Part shown: piece by piece, positions 43,102 to 56,644 of the stretch
Layout of the letters: every line of letters begins with the position of its first letter
Numbering within the stretch: the stretch's first letter is position 1
NCBI GenBank assembly: GCA_951406725.2
Contig: OX597825.1
Location: 81,468,001-81,532,000 of the forward strand
DNA: 64,000 nt
Source of the DNA: Octopus vulgaris
Lineage: Eukaryota
Direction of reading: 5' to 3'
Program-made: the position numbers and the translations under genes
Notes under the pieces: model-generated
The model's database searches: none
What the model was told of the DNA's origin: nothing
What the model saw: only the letters and a program-made list of their open reading frames with translations

Positions 43102-43435
43102 ATTTACAATTATTTGAAAAAAAATTTTTATTCCTGTATCATATAGATGTAATTTTTGACGCTGAATCCAAATTCGTTTTTCATTTATTCCAGAAAAAAA
43201 ATTGTAAAAAAGTTACAGGTGTTCAAACTTTGATAATTTTTAGAATTTTCCGTCAACAAGAAAGCAGCACGATCGCTGCCTCTTCCATTATCGGGGTTGG
43301 GGGGCGGGGATCGGCATGTCAAAACATTGCTAGACGCACAGACATACAGACATATATTCACACAGAGTTGAACCGCGGATTTTCCTTTTCAGCGTTGAAT
43401 TTTCACCATACCACTTCCATTGCATACACATCGCG

Positions 43436-43469
<34 letters not shown>

Positions 43470-43872
43470 GACATTCACACATCTCCTACTTACCTACAAA
43501 CACACATATACTCACACAGAGTTGAAACGCTCCCACCACCTGTTTGCGATCACCCCTTCCTTCCTTATTCATCTATCACCCCCTTCCTTTCTCATTCATA
43601 TGAGAAGAGTATTATTATAGTAAGATCATCTTTCTCGTATCTCCTTCTCCTCTTTGTGCGCATGCGCAGCGTCTTTGGTTACTATGGAAACAGAGTTTTT
43701 CGCCGCGGTGATGTGTAAAATACTCGCTTCTGATTTGCTAAAATACCCAAACTTCGCAAATTTTAAAGACTAATAACTTTTTAATTATGGATTTATAGTT
43801 AAAATTAATTTCATTTTCATAATTAGCATACAAAACTTAATCCATATACAAAATTTGAAAATAATTGGAACA
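43102..43872. mobile_element. Probable old non-autonomous DNA transposon with diverged long inverted ends
   Basis: caattattt..atatagat...tttt...gct.a.t...aaaaagtta...aaa.tttg at the left loosely mirrors the reverse complement of ~43750-43870. Confidence 0.4.
43657..43691. promoter_or_regulatory. Adjacent NRF1-type palindrome and RFX X-box-like motif
   Basis: TGCGCATGCGCA 43657-43668; GTTACTATGGAAAC 43678-43691. Confidence 0.4.
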
Positions 43873-44032
43873 AAATTGTGAATAGTGACGAAAGCCAGAA
43901 AGATCTTTAGAAATATTAATAACGTGCCTCAAGTATTAAGCTCTATTTCAACCGTTTGGAAAACCGAATGTATTTATATGTTGTTTTAATTCATTCTTCA
44001 TAAGCATTGGCGCGCGCTCACACACATACACA

Positions 44033-44103
<71 letters not shown>

Positions 44104-44203
44104 ACACACACACACATTTAGTTTATATGTATATAAGTATGCACATGCTTTTGTATGTGTTTATATATTGTGCCTCTCGTCAGTCAGAAACAGCCAGAAT
44201 ATG

Positions 44204-44250
<47 letters not shown>

Positions 44251-44379
44251 TTATATATAGTTATATGTATTTATGTATGTTTTTTCATGATTTCTTGCCA
44301 ACAGAAAATGAGCCGGTTTCTCATCTAGATCCAAGGCTCCTTCATTGGAATTTCGACAATATCAACAAGGTATTTTTGT

Positions 44380-45012
44380 GTGTGTATGTATGTATGTATG
44401 TATGTATGTATGTATGTATGTATGTATGTATGTATGCATGTATGTATGTATGTATGTATGCATGTATGTATATACACGTGCAGATTTGTATGTTTTGCTT
44501 TATGTATGTATTCTCATGCATATAGTTGCTTATCAAGACATGCTCATATATATTTAAATGATAAACTTCTGGAAAGTTTTGCAGATTTTTACAGTTCCGC
44601 TGATGGATTGGATCCGTAGTCTTCGAATCATCTTTCTCCTTTCTGGTTTTTGAAAAGTATGTATGTATGTATGCATGTATGTATGTATGTATATATGTAT
44701 GTATGCATGTATGTATGTATGTATGTATGTATATATGTATGCATGAATGTATGAATGTATGTATGTGTGTGTATGTATGTATGTATGTATGTATGTATGT
44801 ATGTATGTATGTATGTATGCATGTATGTATGTATGTATGTATATATGTATGTATGTATGCATGCATGAATGTATGAATGTATGTATGTATGTATGTATGT
44901 ATGTATGTATGTATGTGTGTGTATGTATGTATGTATGTATATATGTATGTATGTATGCATGCATGAATGTATGAATGTATGTATGTATGTATGTATGTAT
45001 GTATGTATGTAT
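44380..45012. repeat. Two (TATG)n arrays
   Basis: Direct inspection (about 44380-44470 and 44657-45012). Confidence 0.9.
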
Positions 45013-46041
45013 GCGCAGACAAACAAGTTGTAAATCAACGGCAAAGCTAGTTTGAGACGGTAAAAATCCTGTAATTGGCAATGATGAGGTGGAAACCGGC
45101 TGTGATGAGTTGGAGGTAGACTTCATGTGACTGAAGAGGATGAGGTAGGGGAAGAAGTCGTGGTAGTAGTAAAGGTGGTGGCGGGGATGTCGTTGGTGGT
45201 GGGAATGGCTGTGGTGGCGGAGACCGTTGCGATGGTGGGGACCCGGGGTCGATTTGTTATAGCGATAGCGATGGTGAAGCTTGTGCTAATGGATGTGCTG
45301 GTGGCGGTGGTGGTGACGGTGGTGGTGGCGGTGGTGGTGACGGTGGTGGTGGCGGTGGTGGTGACGGTGGTGGTGGTAGTGGTGATTGGGAGGAGTTTTA
45401 CTATGGTGGTGGCGTCAGTGACGTCAGCAGTTTTGGTGGCAGTGATGGCGGTGAAAGATTTGCACTGACTATGTCGTGATAGTGATGAGACGGGGAGAGG
45501 CGGTGATGGGGGCCGCTGCTGTGGTGGTGGTGGTAGTAGTGGTTGCAGTAGTGGTCGTGATGTGTCTCTTCGTGCAGGTGATGGCGGTGGAGAAACCGTG
45601 AAGGTTTAATGTTTGGTGTTGCTGCGGTAATGGCTGTGATTCTAGGCTTAGAATCGAAGCCTAAAGGCGTCAACAAAAATTTGGGTTGGGCGCCATCTTT
45701 ATAGTTACCAGTCACCTTTTTAAAGTGCAATCGTCCTTATATGCACAAACTGAGATATAGAGAGATATGCATATACACACTCTCTGTCTGTCTGTCTCTC
45801 TGTCCCTGTGTGAGAGTGTACATTTATATGATTGTAATCATGCACAGTCATCTATACATAAATGCATGTATGCGTACATACATATATACACATATATACA
45901 CATCGCTTTGCTGATGACTGACTGGAATTCTGCGAAAACCTAAATCTCAAATACACACATGGAGACTTAATAAGCACACACTCATACACAGATATGTACA
46001 TACATGAATACATATATACATACATGAATACATATATACAT

Positions 46042-46108
<67 letters not shown>

Positions 46109-46434
46109 TATATGTATATATATATATGCATATATATGTATACATATATGTATGCAGGCATATATGTGTATACATATGCATAAAGATATACATGAGTATA
46201 TTTATTTGTCTGTCTATCTGTATATTTACAAATACAAATTCGTGTGGTCACATAAACAATTACCAAAATTTAATCTAAATTATATACACGAAGAACAAGT
46301 TACAGAATATATATATATATAAATACACACCCACACATATATATACGTATATATATGTATATATATATATATATATATATACATATGCATATGCACATAT
46401 ATATAAATGTATACATATATACATATATATATAC

Positions 46435-46525
<91 letters not shown>

Positions 46526-46659
46526 GCATGTATGTCTATATGTATGTATAGAGTGTTTAAAGTGGTGTGTACAGATATTGCATACGATGAAGCTAGGAGG
46601 CGGTCAGAATTTTGGCTAATTCTTTATTAACGCTGTCGTTCGTTGAACCGAGTTCTTCA

Positions 46660-46703
<44 letters not shown>

Positions 46704-46827
46704 ACAAAACATACACGATAAATTTAATGGAAATAATGTAGACAGAAACTAGAAAAGTGAATACGTATACATATACGTACAAAAATACATACGTACATAG
46801 ATATACACACACACGCACACACACACG

Positions 46828-46864
<37 letters not shown>

Positions 46865-47016
46865 TCGTGTATATATTTCTACCTACTTAAATTTAATCAT
46901 AATGATATAGGCGTAGAGAAGAGAACAGACTACATTCGACATAAATACATACATAAAATTAAATTTAGGTATGTATATAAGTACATACATATGTATGTCT
47001 ATAAATACACACGTGT

Positions 47017-47147
47017 CTACATATGTACATACACCTAAATTTAATCTTAATGATACTAGAGGACAAAACACATACGTACCTACATATGTACATACACCTA
47101 AATTTAATCTTAATGATACTAGAGGACAAAACACATACGTACCTACA
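47017..47147 (+). repeat. Tandem duplication of a 63-bp unit, with diverged relatives at ~46885 and ~47222
   Basis: ctacatatgtacatacacctaaatttaatcttaatgatactagaggacaaaacacatacgtac occurs twice. Confidence 0.9.
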
Positions 47148-47849
47148 TACCTACACACATATATATGTATAGCTGTATACATACGTAAATGTATATATGT
47201 GTGTGTATGTATGTATATATATCTAAATTAAATCTAAATGATATAAAGCAGAGACAAACAGATAGATGAAATTACACGATATACACACCTCTGGTTTGTA
47301 ATGAACCAAGGCAAATTAAAGCGAAGCGACAGTTCTTATTGCACCATTAAAAGTCTTTCTTAACGGGCTAACAATGGACGACGGCAGATGAGGCGGGAAG
47401 TACAGAAGACGGAGTGGTTAACGTTTGTAATAAGCTTGTCGAAAGTTCGAATATTGCCAACGTCAGCGGAAAACGTTTCCTGACATTATTGAAAGAATAC
47501 GGTGTTGTAGAATCGTTGACCAAAATGCAGTGCTGTTATTTTCGTTCTCTTTTTCTTCCGAACTGGCAACTCATTGACATCGTCCTTTTTTTTTCTTGTA
47601 TAACATCATCTGTGAGTATGTTGAGTATGTTAATGAAGCTGTATATACACGTATATGCGTATGGTGCATGTTACGAAGTTCGTGTGTGTGTGTTTGTGTG
47701 TAACTAAAACATTTATGATTTCTGTTAGCATGCTTTCCACGTTTCGATACGTGGTGAAATAATATACGTGAAAATAGTTTATGTGGTTAGATTTAGTGTC
47801 TATTTTTAGCATATTGGCGAAGAAATTTTTTCTTTTCACCCTTATAGAA

Positions 47850-47965
47850 AAATAAAAGACGAAGACAGGTGTATGAGCAACAAGCAAATATATTAGTTTG
47901 ACGCTCGGGAAGAATGCAAAAGTCTTTTACGTTTCGGGCCTATGCTCGTCAACAGAAAGGAATAA
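47850..47965 (-). mobile_element. Penelope-like short terminal fragment with variant hammerhead (47924-47959)
   Basis: aagacgaagacaggtg..aacaa..a.at.tattagt family; minus strand cuuu CUGUUGA C GAGC auag GCCC GAAA CG UA aaag. Confidence 0.7.
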
Positions 47966-48044
47966 GAAGAAATAAACAGGGAGGGAATGAAACAAAAACG
48001 TGTTTATTTCAACGGTCCAGCATGTATACATATACATACATACA

Positions 48045-48082
<38 letters not shown>

Positions 48083-48113
48083 CATACATATACATACACA
48101 CACACACACTACA

Positions 48114-48195
<82 letters not shown>

Positions 48196-48271
48196 CACAC
48201 ATATATATATATATAGAGAGAGAGACAGAGAAAGAGAGAGAGAGGGATGCATAAATACACACACATACACG

Positions 48272-48403
48272 TGTTCCTTGCTAAGAAAGAGCATAGGCTC
48301 GAAACGTTAAAGACATTTTTACTTCCCGTGCTTTATACTAATACATCTGTTTGTTGTCTATACCACCTGTCTTCGTCTTCTGTGTTTTTTGTGAATTCCC
48401 CCA
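48272..48403 (+). mobile_element. Same family in opposite orientation; degenerate hammerhead at 48277-48312
   Basis: cuug CUAAGAA A GAGC auag GCUC GAAA CG UU aaag ... actaatacatctgtttgttg..cacctgtcttcgtctt. Confidence 0.7.
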
Positions 48404-48633
48404 TATATATTATATATTCGTGTGTGTGTTGGTGTGCATTATATATAAATACTACATACTGTATATTAATTATTTTGTATACTAGGTGTATTATGTGTAC
48501 TACATGTTATGTGTGTGTGTGTGTGCATTAGGTGTTTAAATATTGCTGTATGTAGGTGTAAAAACCAAAGGAAGGCTATCTCCTATATAAACCACGCATG
48601 CATATCATTATGTACATGAGCGTATGTATGTAG

Positions 48634-48725
48634 TGTGAATTTACAAAAAAAAAAGATGAAGACGGGTGTGTAAACAACAAACAGATGTATTACTTTAACG
48701 GTCGGAAAGTGAGAAAGTCTTTTAT
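48634..48725 (-). mobile_element. Same family, truncated at the hammerhead
   Basis: aagatgaagacgggtgtgtaaacaacaaacagatgtattac..aaagtctttta. Confidence 0.65.
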
Positions 48726-49119
48726 GCATGTATGTATGTATATATCTGCCTATCTGGCACTCTCTCCCGATATATATAGATAACATTCCTGTTTAACAAT
48801 TAGACATCTCTCATCATTATACTCCAGTTGAAAAACTTATCTAGAGATATTTATGCAATAATGGATAAGCAGTGAACATATTTTAGTTTTGAAATCAAGT
48901 GTGACATCAAAAAAGCTCATTAGCAGATCTGAAAAAGTTAGAACAAAGTTAGAATCAAAACGAATATATTCATATCTTCAATTAAACACCTTTTTAAAAG
49001 AGGACCCTTAACCCTTCTACACACGATGCATATACATACGTATGTATACAAACATACATACATACATACATACATACATACATACATACATACATACATA
49101 CACATGCATACATATATAA

Positions 49120-49151
<32 letters not shown>

Positions 49152-49196
49152 ATATATATATATAGGTATGCATACACACATATATATCTATCTATG

Positions 49197-49229
<33 letters not shown>

Positions 49230-49369
49230 ATTTATGTATGTTGTGTGTATGTATACATGTACATATACTTTGAGATGTATGAATCCAAATTCAAATATAT
49301 TTTCCGTGTTTACATCATTACAATGGCTATACACGCTCACATTTAATGTATATTTGTGATATATATATG

Positions 49370-49434
<65 letters not shown>

Positions 49435-49499
49435 AAATATATATATAAATATAAATGTATATACATATATATATCTGTATAAATTATATATATATACAT

Positions 49500-49534
<35 letters not shown>

Positions 49535-49904
49535 CATACATATGCATATGTATTTATGTGTGTGTGTAAATGTGTATGTGTATGAGTGTGCGTGTAACTG
49601 ACCGTATATACCATTATTAACGACATTTCCTCTAAGCAAGTCTAATTCTTTTACAGGTAAGGAAATCAAGGAAGAAACTCAGAGAATTGAAGTAACGTGT
49701 TTATTAGCAAGAATTAGAAACACATGGATTTGATGGAAGAATGTGATATCGTTCGGGAAAACAAAGGACAAAGCAAAACAACTAAAACACAGATTTAGAA
49801 ATGGTAGAATTAGCAGACAAATGTAGAGTACCAGTGTCGTCACAGGTCGAAGATCAACCACGGGTCACATGTAAGAGAGTAGTTCTTATTAATCTCTTGC
49901 AAGA

Positions 49905-50072
49905 CGGTATTTCGTTTGTCTTTCGTTCTGAGTCCAAATTCCGCCGAGGTCGACTTTGCCTTTCAGCCTTCGAGGGTCGTTAAATTAAATACCAGTTGCG
50001 TATTGAGGCCGATCTAATCGACTGGCCCCTTCCCCCAAAAGTTTGGGCCTTGTGCCAACAATAGAAAAGATT
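49905..50072 (+). mobile_element. SINE family B (second tail type), 5'-truncated
   Basis: ggtatttcgt..ttctgagt.caaattccgccgaggtcgactttgcctttca..gggccttgtgcc..agaaaaga. Confidence 0.8.
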
Positions 50073-50373
50073 AATCTCCTGCAAGGCATCGCAACGGTTT
50101 CGTCGTGATGTTTTCGTAGCAGCCTGCTCAGCCGTGTCAGGTCAATTTCCTGACGCTCATATTTTTGGGGGTTTTTTATCTTGTAAACTGCCCAAGCCTG
50201 AACACCGTTTTCCAAAAGACCCAAATAAGATGGAATGGACATCTTAGTTGTATCTTTACATGTCCGAGTAGTTCTTCTATTTAGGGCGAACTCGGTTAGG
50301 CAGAGAGAATTGTTTGTCAGTAAAAGAAGGTACCAGGTATTGCTTAAAAGCATTTCTACAAAATAAGTAAATA

Positions 50374-50783
50374 GGCACAGGAGTGGCTGTGTGGTAAGTA
50401 GCTTGTTTACCAACCACATGGTTCCGGGTTCAGTCCCACTGTGTGGCACCTTGGGCAAGTGTCTTCTGCTATAGCCTCGGGCCGACCAAAGCCTTGTGAG
50501 TGGATTTGGTAGACGGAAACTGAAAGAAGCCCGTCGTATATATGTATATATATATATATATGCGTGTGTGTGTTTGTGTGAGTGTGTTTGTTCCCCTAGC
50601 ATTGCTTGACAACCGATGCTGGTGTGTTTATGTCCCCGTTACTTAGCGGTTCGGCAAAAGAGACCGATAGAATAAGTACTGGGCTTACAAAAAGAATAAG
50701 TCCCGGGGTCGAGTTGCTCGATTAAAGGTGGTGCTCCAGCATGGCCGGAGTCAAATGACTGAAACAAGTAAAAGAGTAAAGAG
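50374..50783 (+). mobile_element. SINE family A, full length, with 10-bp target-site duplication
   Basis: TSD taagtaaata at 50364-50373 and 50784-50793. Confidence 0.93.
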
Positions 50784-50929
50784 TAAGTAAATAAATAAAT
50801 AAAATATTGTGATGCTTCCCTGGAAGCTGCTTGTCCAAAAGCGACTCGACCAGCGTAGATAACAAGAATCGCATTTGCTACGAAAGAAACGCTCACTCTG
50901 CAAAGCCAGAGTTAATGGAATCTCACGTA

Positions 50930-51060
50930 AGGCGGTGAGCTGGCAGAACCGTTAGCACGCCGGGCGAAATGCTTTGTGGTATTTCGTCTGCCGTTACGTT
51001 CTGAGTTCAAATTCAGCCGAGGTCGACTTTGCCTTTCATCCTTTCGGGGTCGATAAATTA
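50930..51060 (+). mobile_element. SINE family B, 5' half
   Basis: ggcggtgagctggcagaaccgttagcacg..gcctttcatcctttcggggtcgataaatta. Confidence 0.88.
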
Positions 51061-51439
51061 ACCCCCCCCATATATATACCTAGGTAGCATTGATTTTATT
51101 ATATTTTCTTCATTGTTTTACTCCAACTCTAAATTATTCATACCTCACACCCATCCCTGACCCCCTCACCAGGAAGCATATTTTTCCCTCCGTATTCATT
51201 CCTTGTTTCTAGTAGCTCGTTTCATAATTGTTTATTTGTATTTCTTTTTACTGTTCCATATTTTGCCAAATTATTTCCTTGTCCTGTTATCGAGGGACAA
51301 CTTTGTATCTATATTTGCATTCATAAGAGATGGCATTAGCAGAGTTTTCTTTCTTTTAACATGATGTATTAGAGGACTTAAGGAAAACATGTCTATCTGC
51401 GTTATGTGGCAGTATACGAGTATATGTGAGAGTTCAACA

Positions 51440-51495
<56 letters not shown>

Positions 51496-51901
51496 AATCT
51501 ATCTATCTTTCTATGTATCTATCTATCTATCTATCTATATAATATGACATATATATTGTATATATATATAATATATACTGGATATATAGGATTATATATA
51601 TATGTGTATATATATATAAATATAAATATATATATATAGGTGTGTATATGTTGTATATACGTACACATACACCCACACGCATACACTCACACGAATACAC
51701 TCAGACGCATACACTCACACGCATACACTCACACGCACACGCACAACGCACGTACAAATCCACACACATATGCATAACAGCTTGCAAACACATACATATA
51801 CAAATACACTTAGGAGCTTAGCTACACATATATGTGTATACATACATATATATATACATAGATACATATATATATATATGTGTACATGTATATGTATATA
51901 T

Positions 51902-51962
<61 letters not shown>

Positions 51963-52324
51963 TGAATATATAAGTGATCACATTGAAATCGTTGGGAGAT
52001 GTGATGACCTCGATTGCATCTTTGGTGATAATGGCAATGATTAAAGATTCTAAATGTGTTGTTGCTGCTGCAAGTGCTGCTGGTGCCGTTGCTGCTGCTG
52101 CAAGTGCTGCTGGTGCTGCTATTGCAGATGATGATGATGATGATGATGATGACGATGTTGAGATGAGTCTGGTGATGAAGAAACTAATGACAAGTGTGGT
52201 GATGATATCCATAATTATAATGATGTTGATAAATATGATGATGACGAGGAGGTAGGAGGAGTAAGAGGCTGAGGGGTAGGAAGAGGAGAACAAAGATGGC
52301 GGGAATGACAAATTCAATAATAGA

Positions 52325-52678
52325 TGGTGATGATGATGATGATGGTAATGATGATGATGATGGTGATGATGATAATAATGGCGATAAGGAAGAGGAAATG
52401 GAGGACGGGAGGATGGGAATGATGATGATAATGATGGTGATGAAGACATTAATGACGCGAATGATAAGTTTGATAATAGATGATGATGATGATGATGGTG
52501 ATGATGATGTTGATGATGATCATGATAGTAATAATGATGATGGCAATGATGAAGATGATGATAATGATGATGATGTTGGTGATGATAATCATGATAGTGA
52601 TGATGGTGATGATAACGTTGATGATGTTGATGATGATGACGATGATGATGATGGTGATGATAATGATGATGATGATGG

Positions 52679-52740
<62 letters not shown>

Positions 52741-52840
52741 GTGATGATGAAAATAATAAAAATGATGATGATAAAGATGACGATGATGATGATGGCGATG
52801 ATGATGATGATGGTGATGATGAAGATGGCGATGATGATAT
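52325..52840. repeat. Imperfect (GAT)n array
   Basis: Direct inspection; source of the poly-D/poly-M ORFs. Confidence 0.95.
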
Positions 52841-53774
52841 TAAGAGCGATTATGATTATGAAAAGACGACGGTAATGATGACGGATGGTTGCGATAGGTA
52901 GCGATAGCGTCGACGGTGGCGGCCACAGTGCTGCCGGTGCTTGTGGCGGCGGAGGCGGTGGCGGCGGCGGCGGCGGCGGTGGAGGCAGTGGTGATTTATC
53001 CGCCCCAAGAAAAGTGGGTAAAGCGGGAAGGATGTCAATCGTCGTGGGACCGTAGACAGGACAGCGCTGTTTGTTAGCAGAGTCGGCAATGGCAGCGGCT
53101 CTTTCGCTCTCCGATCACGTAGGATGATATTATTAGGCGCTAATTCAATCTGCTACTAACACCTAACACTGCCACACTACCACCCATACATAACTGGCAC
53201 ACACACACACACGCGCACGCACGCACACACATACTCACGCATACACACACGGACGCACACACACGTATGCACACACGCGCATGCACTCGCGCATGCACAC
53301 ACACGCATGTACTCGCATATACACACACATACATATACATATACACAAGCACACACAATACACACACATACATATACATATACACAAACACACACACGCA
53401 CGCATGTATACACACGAACAGATAGACGCACACATACACGTACACATACATATACACACGCATATACGCACACACATACACACACACGCATATATATACG
53501 TGCACACACGCACAACCACGTATACAGTCATCTACATCCACGAACACCCACTCACACTTACGTATGCATACCCCAACTCCCGCATATATATACACACCCA
53601 CACGGACGTACGTAGAAACACACGCTCCCACATACACTCGTATAGAAACATCTACACACACAGCCACAAACACGCACTTACACACATACATGCACACAAA
53701 TACACACCAACCCTTGCACGTGAGTTCGTGGACGCGTGTAAACACACGCGCAATTACACATACATGTATCCACG

Positions 53775-53833
<59 letters not shown>

Positions 53834-54551
53834 ATATACATATATATATATATACATACATATATATATAAATATATACACACCTATGCTGACTTATATA
53901 GAAACACTCGCTGACACATACATGCACATAGACAAACACATACGCACACATACACACACACGTACACATACACACACGCGTACGCATATGTACTCTTATA
54001 CCTGTTCATGGATACGAACGTCTAAACACTTACATACGCACCTGCTCATACACATTCACATACGCTCTCCTTTACACGTACACAGTCACGTTAATATATA
54101 TATATATATATACAGATACACACACACACTCACACGCACATATGTATATATATACACACACATTCACATATACACATCTATACAAACATCTACGTACACA
54201 TACACGTCCCTTCATACAAATATTTAAATACATACATACGCACACATACGCATACAAACACAGATAGATGCACATGTGTACCAACATCGATGTACACATT
54301 CACACGCACAAACACGTGCACATACACATATATACACACCTACACGCCGACCCCGCGCTGTACACATACGTGTATAGACTAACATACACACATTCAATTA
54401 CATTCACGCAAACACACACAAACGCATTCTTTTGCATATGCGTACACACATAAAATTTTACCATAATCCTTTGTATGCCATTTCCATTATCTCTAATAAC
54501 GAGACCACAACTAACTCAACCTTCAAAATCACTCCACCAACATATACACAA

Positions 54552-54604
<53 letters not shown>

Positions 54605-54609
<5 letters not shown>

Positions 54610-54805
54610 AGAGTTTACGAAAAAAACAAAAGACGAAGACAGGTGGTGTACAAAACAAACAGATGTATTAGTATAACGCTCAGAAATAGAAAAAATCTTT
54701 TACGTTTCGAGCCTACGCTCTTCTACAGTAAGGGACACAGATAAAAAAACAAGGAGAGAAACAAGGAGAGAAAAAAATGTGGGTAGTGGCTAACGATCTA
54801 TTATG
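54605..54805 (-). mobile_element. Penelope-like terminal fragment in (TA)n with variant hammerhead (54697-54732)
   Basis: tagggagagtttacgaaaaaaacaaaagacgaagacaggtg...; minus strand cuua CUGUAGA A GAGC guag GCUC GAAA CG UA aaag. Confidence 0.75.
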
Positions 54806-55260
54806 CATTATATATGTATATATAATTTAAAATAATCAGGGTGAAAAATTGAATATTAATTTGATTAATATCAATTTAAAACCAGTGGTCTAGCATATAG
54901 AAAAATCTGAGGGTTCAGAAAAATTATATTACATACATATAAGAGGGATGACCACTAAATTTTCTTGAGAACATTCCTTTCTTTGTGGTAAGATCATGGG
55001 GGGCAACTTCTAGCATAATTGATGTCCACTTAGTGGTCACAGATTTTTGTCAGTGAACAGGTCGCGGTCTTAAAGCGACGAAAATATTTTGACAAATTAA
55101 ACTTAAATGTTGAAGTGAATCGAATGGCTTTTGTGTGTTTCTTAAATGGCTTACGAACACCTTCCACGCTGCAATTGTTTTCGTTTCAGCACACGATCTC
55201 AGATCAAATCACTTGCTATGCAAGTACATCTCTGTAAATCTCTTATATATATATATATAT

Positions 55261-55450
55261 AGCTAATCCAAACAAGAAAGCACAAAAAAACACAACAACG
55301 CGAGGACGTGGAACAAATATAGTATTATTGGACGCTCAGGAAAGAAGGAGGGTTTAACGTTTCGAGCGGAGCTCTTCGTCGGAAACATAGGAAAAGGAAA
55401 GACCCAGAGAAGGGAAGACAGAGGGAAAAAATCGCCAACGGTACACATTT
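55261..55450 (-). mobile_element. Related Penelope-like terminal fragment with variant hammerhead (55352-55386)
   Basis: Minus strand guuu CCGACGA A GAGC ucc GCUC GAAA CG UU aaac; shares tatta..gacgctc.g.aa with the 47.9 and 54.7 kb copies; flanked by (TA)n. Confidence 0.7.
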
Positions 55451-55453
55451 TGA

Positions 55454-55505
<52 letters not shown>

Positions 55506-55713
55506 GGGAGTATAACTCCGAACTTACAGGGAAAAATTCAATTTAGTATTAAATCAAATTTCACAATATAAAAGTCGTTTATATAATATATAAATTAGAT
55601 AAATTCTGTTGTGTCTGGGGAGAGTCATTTTCTTTTTGTGCCTTATAATATAACACACTCACCGGTAAAATTTCCATCTTTTTCTTATTTTTATTTTCCT
55701 AAAATTTTCGTTG

Positions 55714-55763
55714 CGTCTTGCAATCTTTTCAATAGTTTTGACTATTGAAAAGGTTGCAAGACG
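55714..55763. repeat. 24-bp-arm hairpin
   Basis: cgtcttgcaatcttttcaatagtt-tt-gactattgaaaaggttgcaagacg. Confidence 0.9.
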
Positions 55764-56303
55764 AAATTTGAAATAAGAATGTAATAACGGACGAAATGCC
55801 GCTAAGCATTTTGCCTGGCGCTCTAAAGACTCTGCTAATATATATATATATATGTATATATATAACCTGTTCCGTTGATTGGATCAATTGGAACCCTCGT
55901 CGTCATAACCGACGGAGTGCAGTAAATTCTATCGGTTCTTTATTAGTCTTGTCAAGGGCCGTGAATTTCATTTTAGTTGGAGAATTGCGAGGTTCCGTCT
56001 CATGGGGTTTGCGCTCCACTTCAGACGGGAACTGCCGTCCACTTCGCAGGAAATGTTGTCCTTCTCTCGTCACGATAGATCGATGGGGTCTATTCTAACG
56101 GAGACAATCTTCTCACCAGAAAATATTTCCTCTTTACAAGAGTTGTCTTCCTACTCAGACATTATCATCACCTTCTAAAAGTTTTCTTTATTTCGTGTGG
56201 ATGTTACGTAAAGATTTTCTTGTAGCTAACTACGAAGTAAACTTCTCATAGCATGCTATTCTTGTTGCCGTGGCTAACTCTCTTTCTATCTCCTCTTTAT
56301 TGT

Positions 56304-56608
56304 TGTTGTTTGTTCCTTCTCGAGCCACATCTGGCTCTTAAGGGCCGGGTCCCGATTTCCTTGGTGTATAGGTTCCCCACCTGGACGGGACGCTGGTCCG
56401 TCGCAGATGAGCTGCAAGATGCAGGAGGAAAGAGTGAGATAAAGTTGTGGCGAAAGAGTCAGCAGAAATTCGCCATTAAATTCTGCCGGAGATGCATGGA
56501 GCTTAGGTGTTTCGCTCATAAACAGACACATTGTCCAGTCTGAGATTCGAACCCGCGATCCCTCGACCGCGAGTCCACTGCTCTAACCACAAGGCCATGT
56601 GCCTCCGC
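56304..56608 (-). mobile_element. SINE family E (tRNA head, V-SINE-like domain, (CAA)n tail) with 12-bp TSD
   Basis: Minus strand tggccttgtggttagagc..gggttcgaatctc; ctgcgacggaccagcgtcccgtccagg; TSD cctctttattgt at 56292-56303 and 56609-56620. Confidence 0.88.
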
Positions 56609-56644
56609 CCTCTTTATTGTAATTGCTGGTTATTGTCGGATGAA

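Noticed and set aside
43672-43694. miR-9-like TCTTTGGTTA start
   Set aside because: Only 10 nt match and no star arm; overlaps the X-box-like motif
52296-52901. Asp-rich 201-aa ORF resembling acidic biomineral proteins
   Set aside because: Imperfect (GAT)n array open in several frames, with no signal peptide or splice evidence
53055-53070. GGACAGCGC REST half-site
   Set aside because: Left half-site missing; chance level
56535-56608. tRNA-like sequence on the minus strand
   Set aside because: SINE head: continues into a SINE body and tail with a TSD, and has no intact acceptor stem
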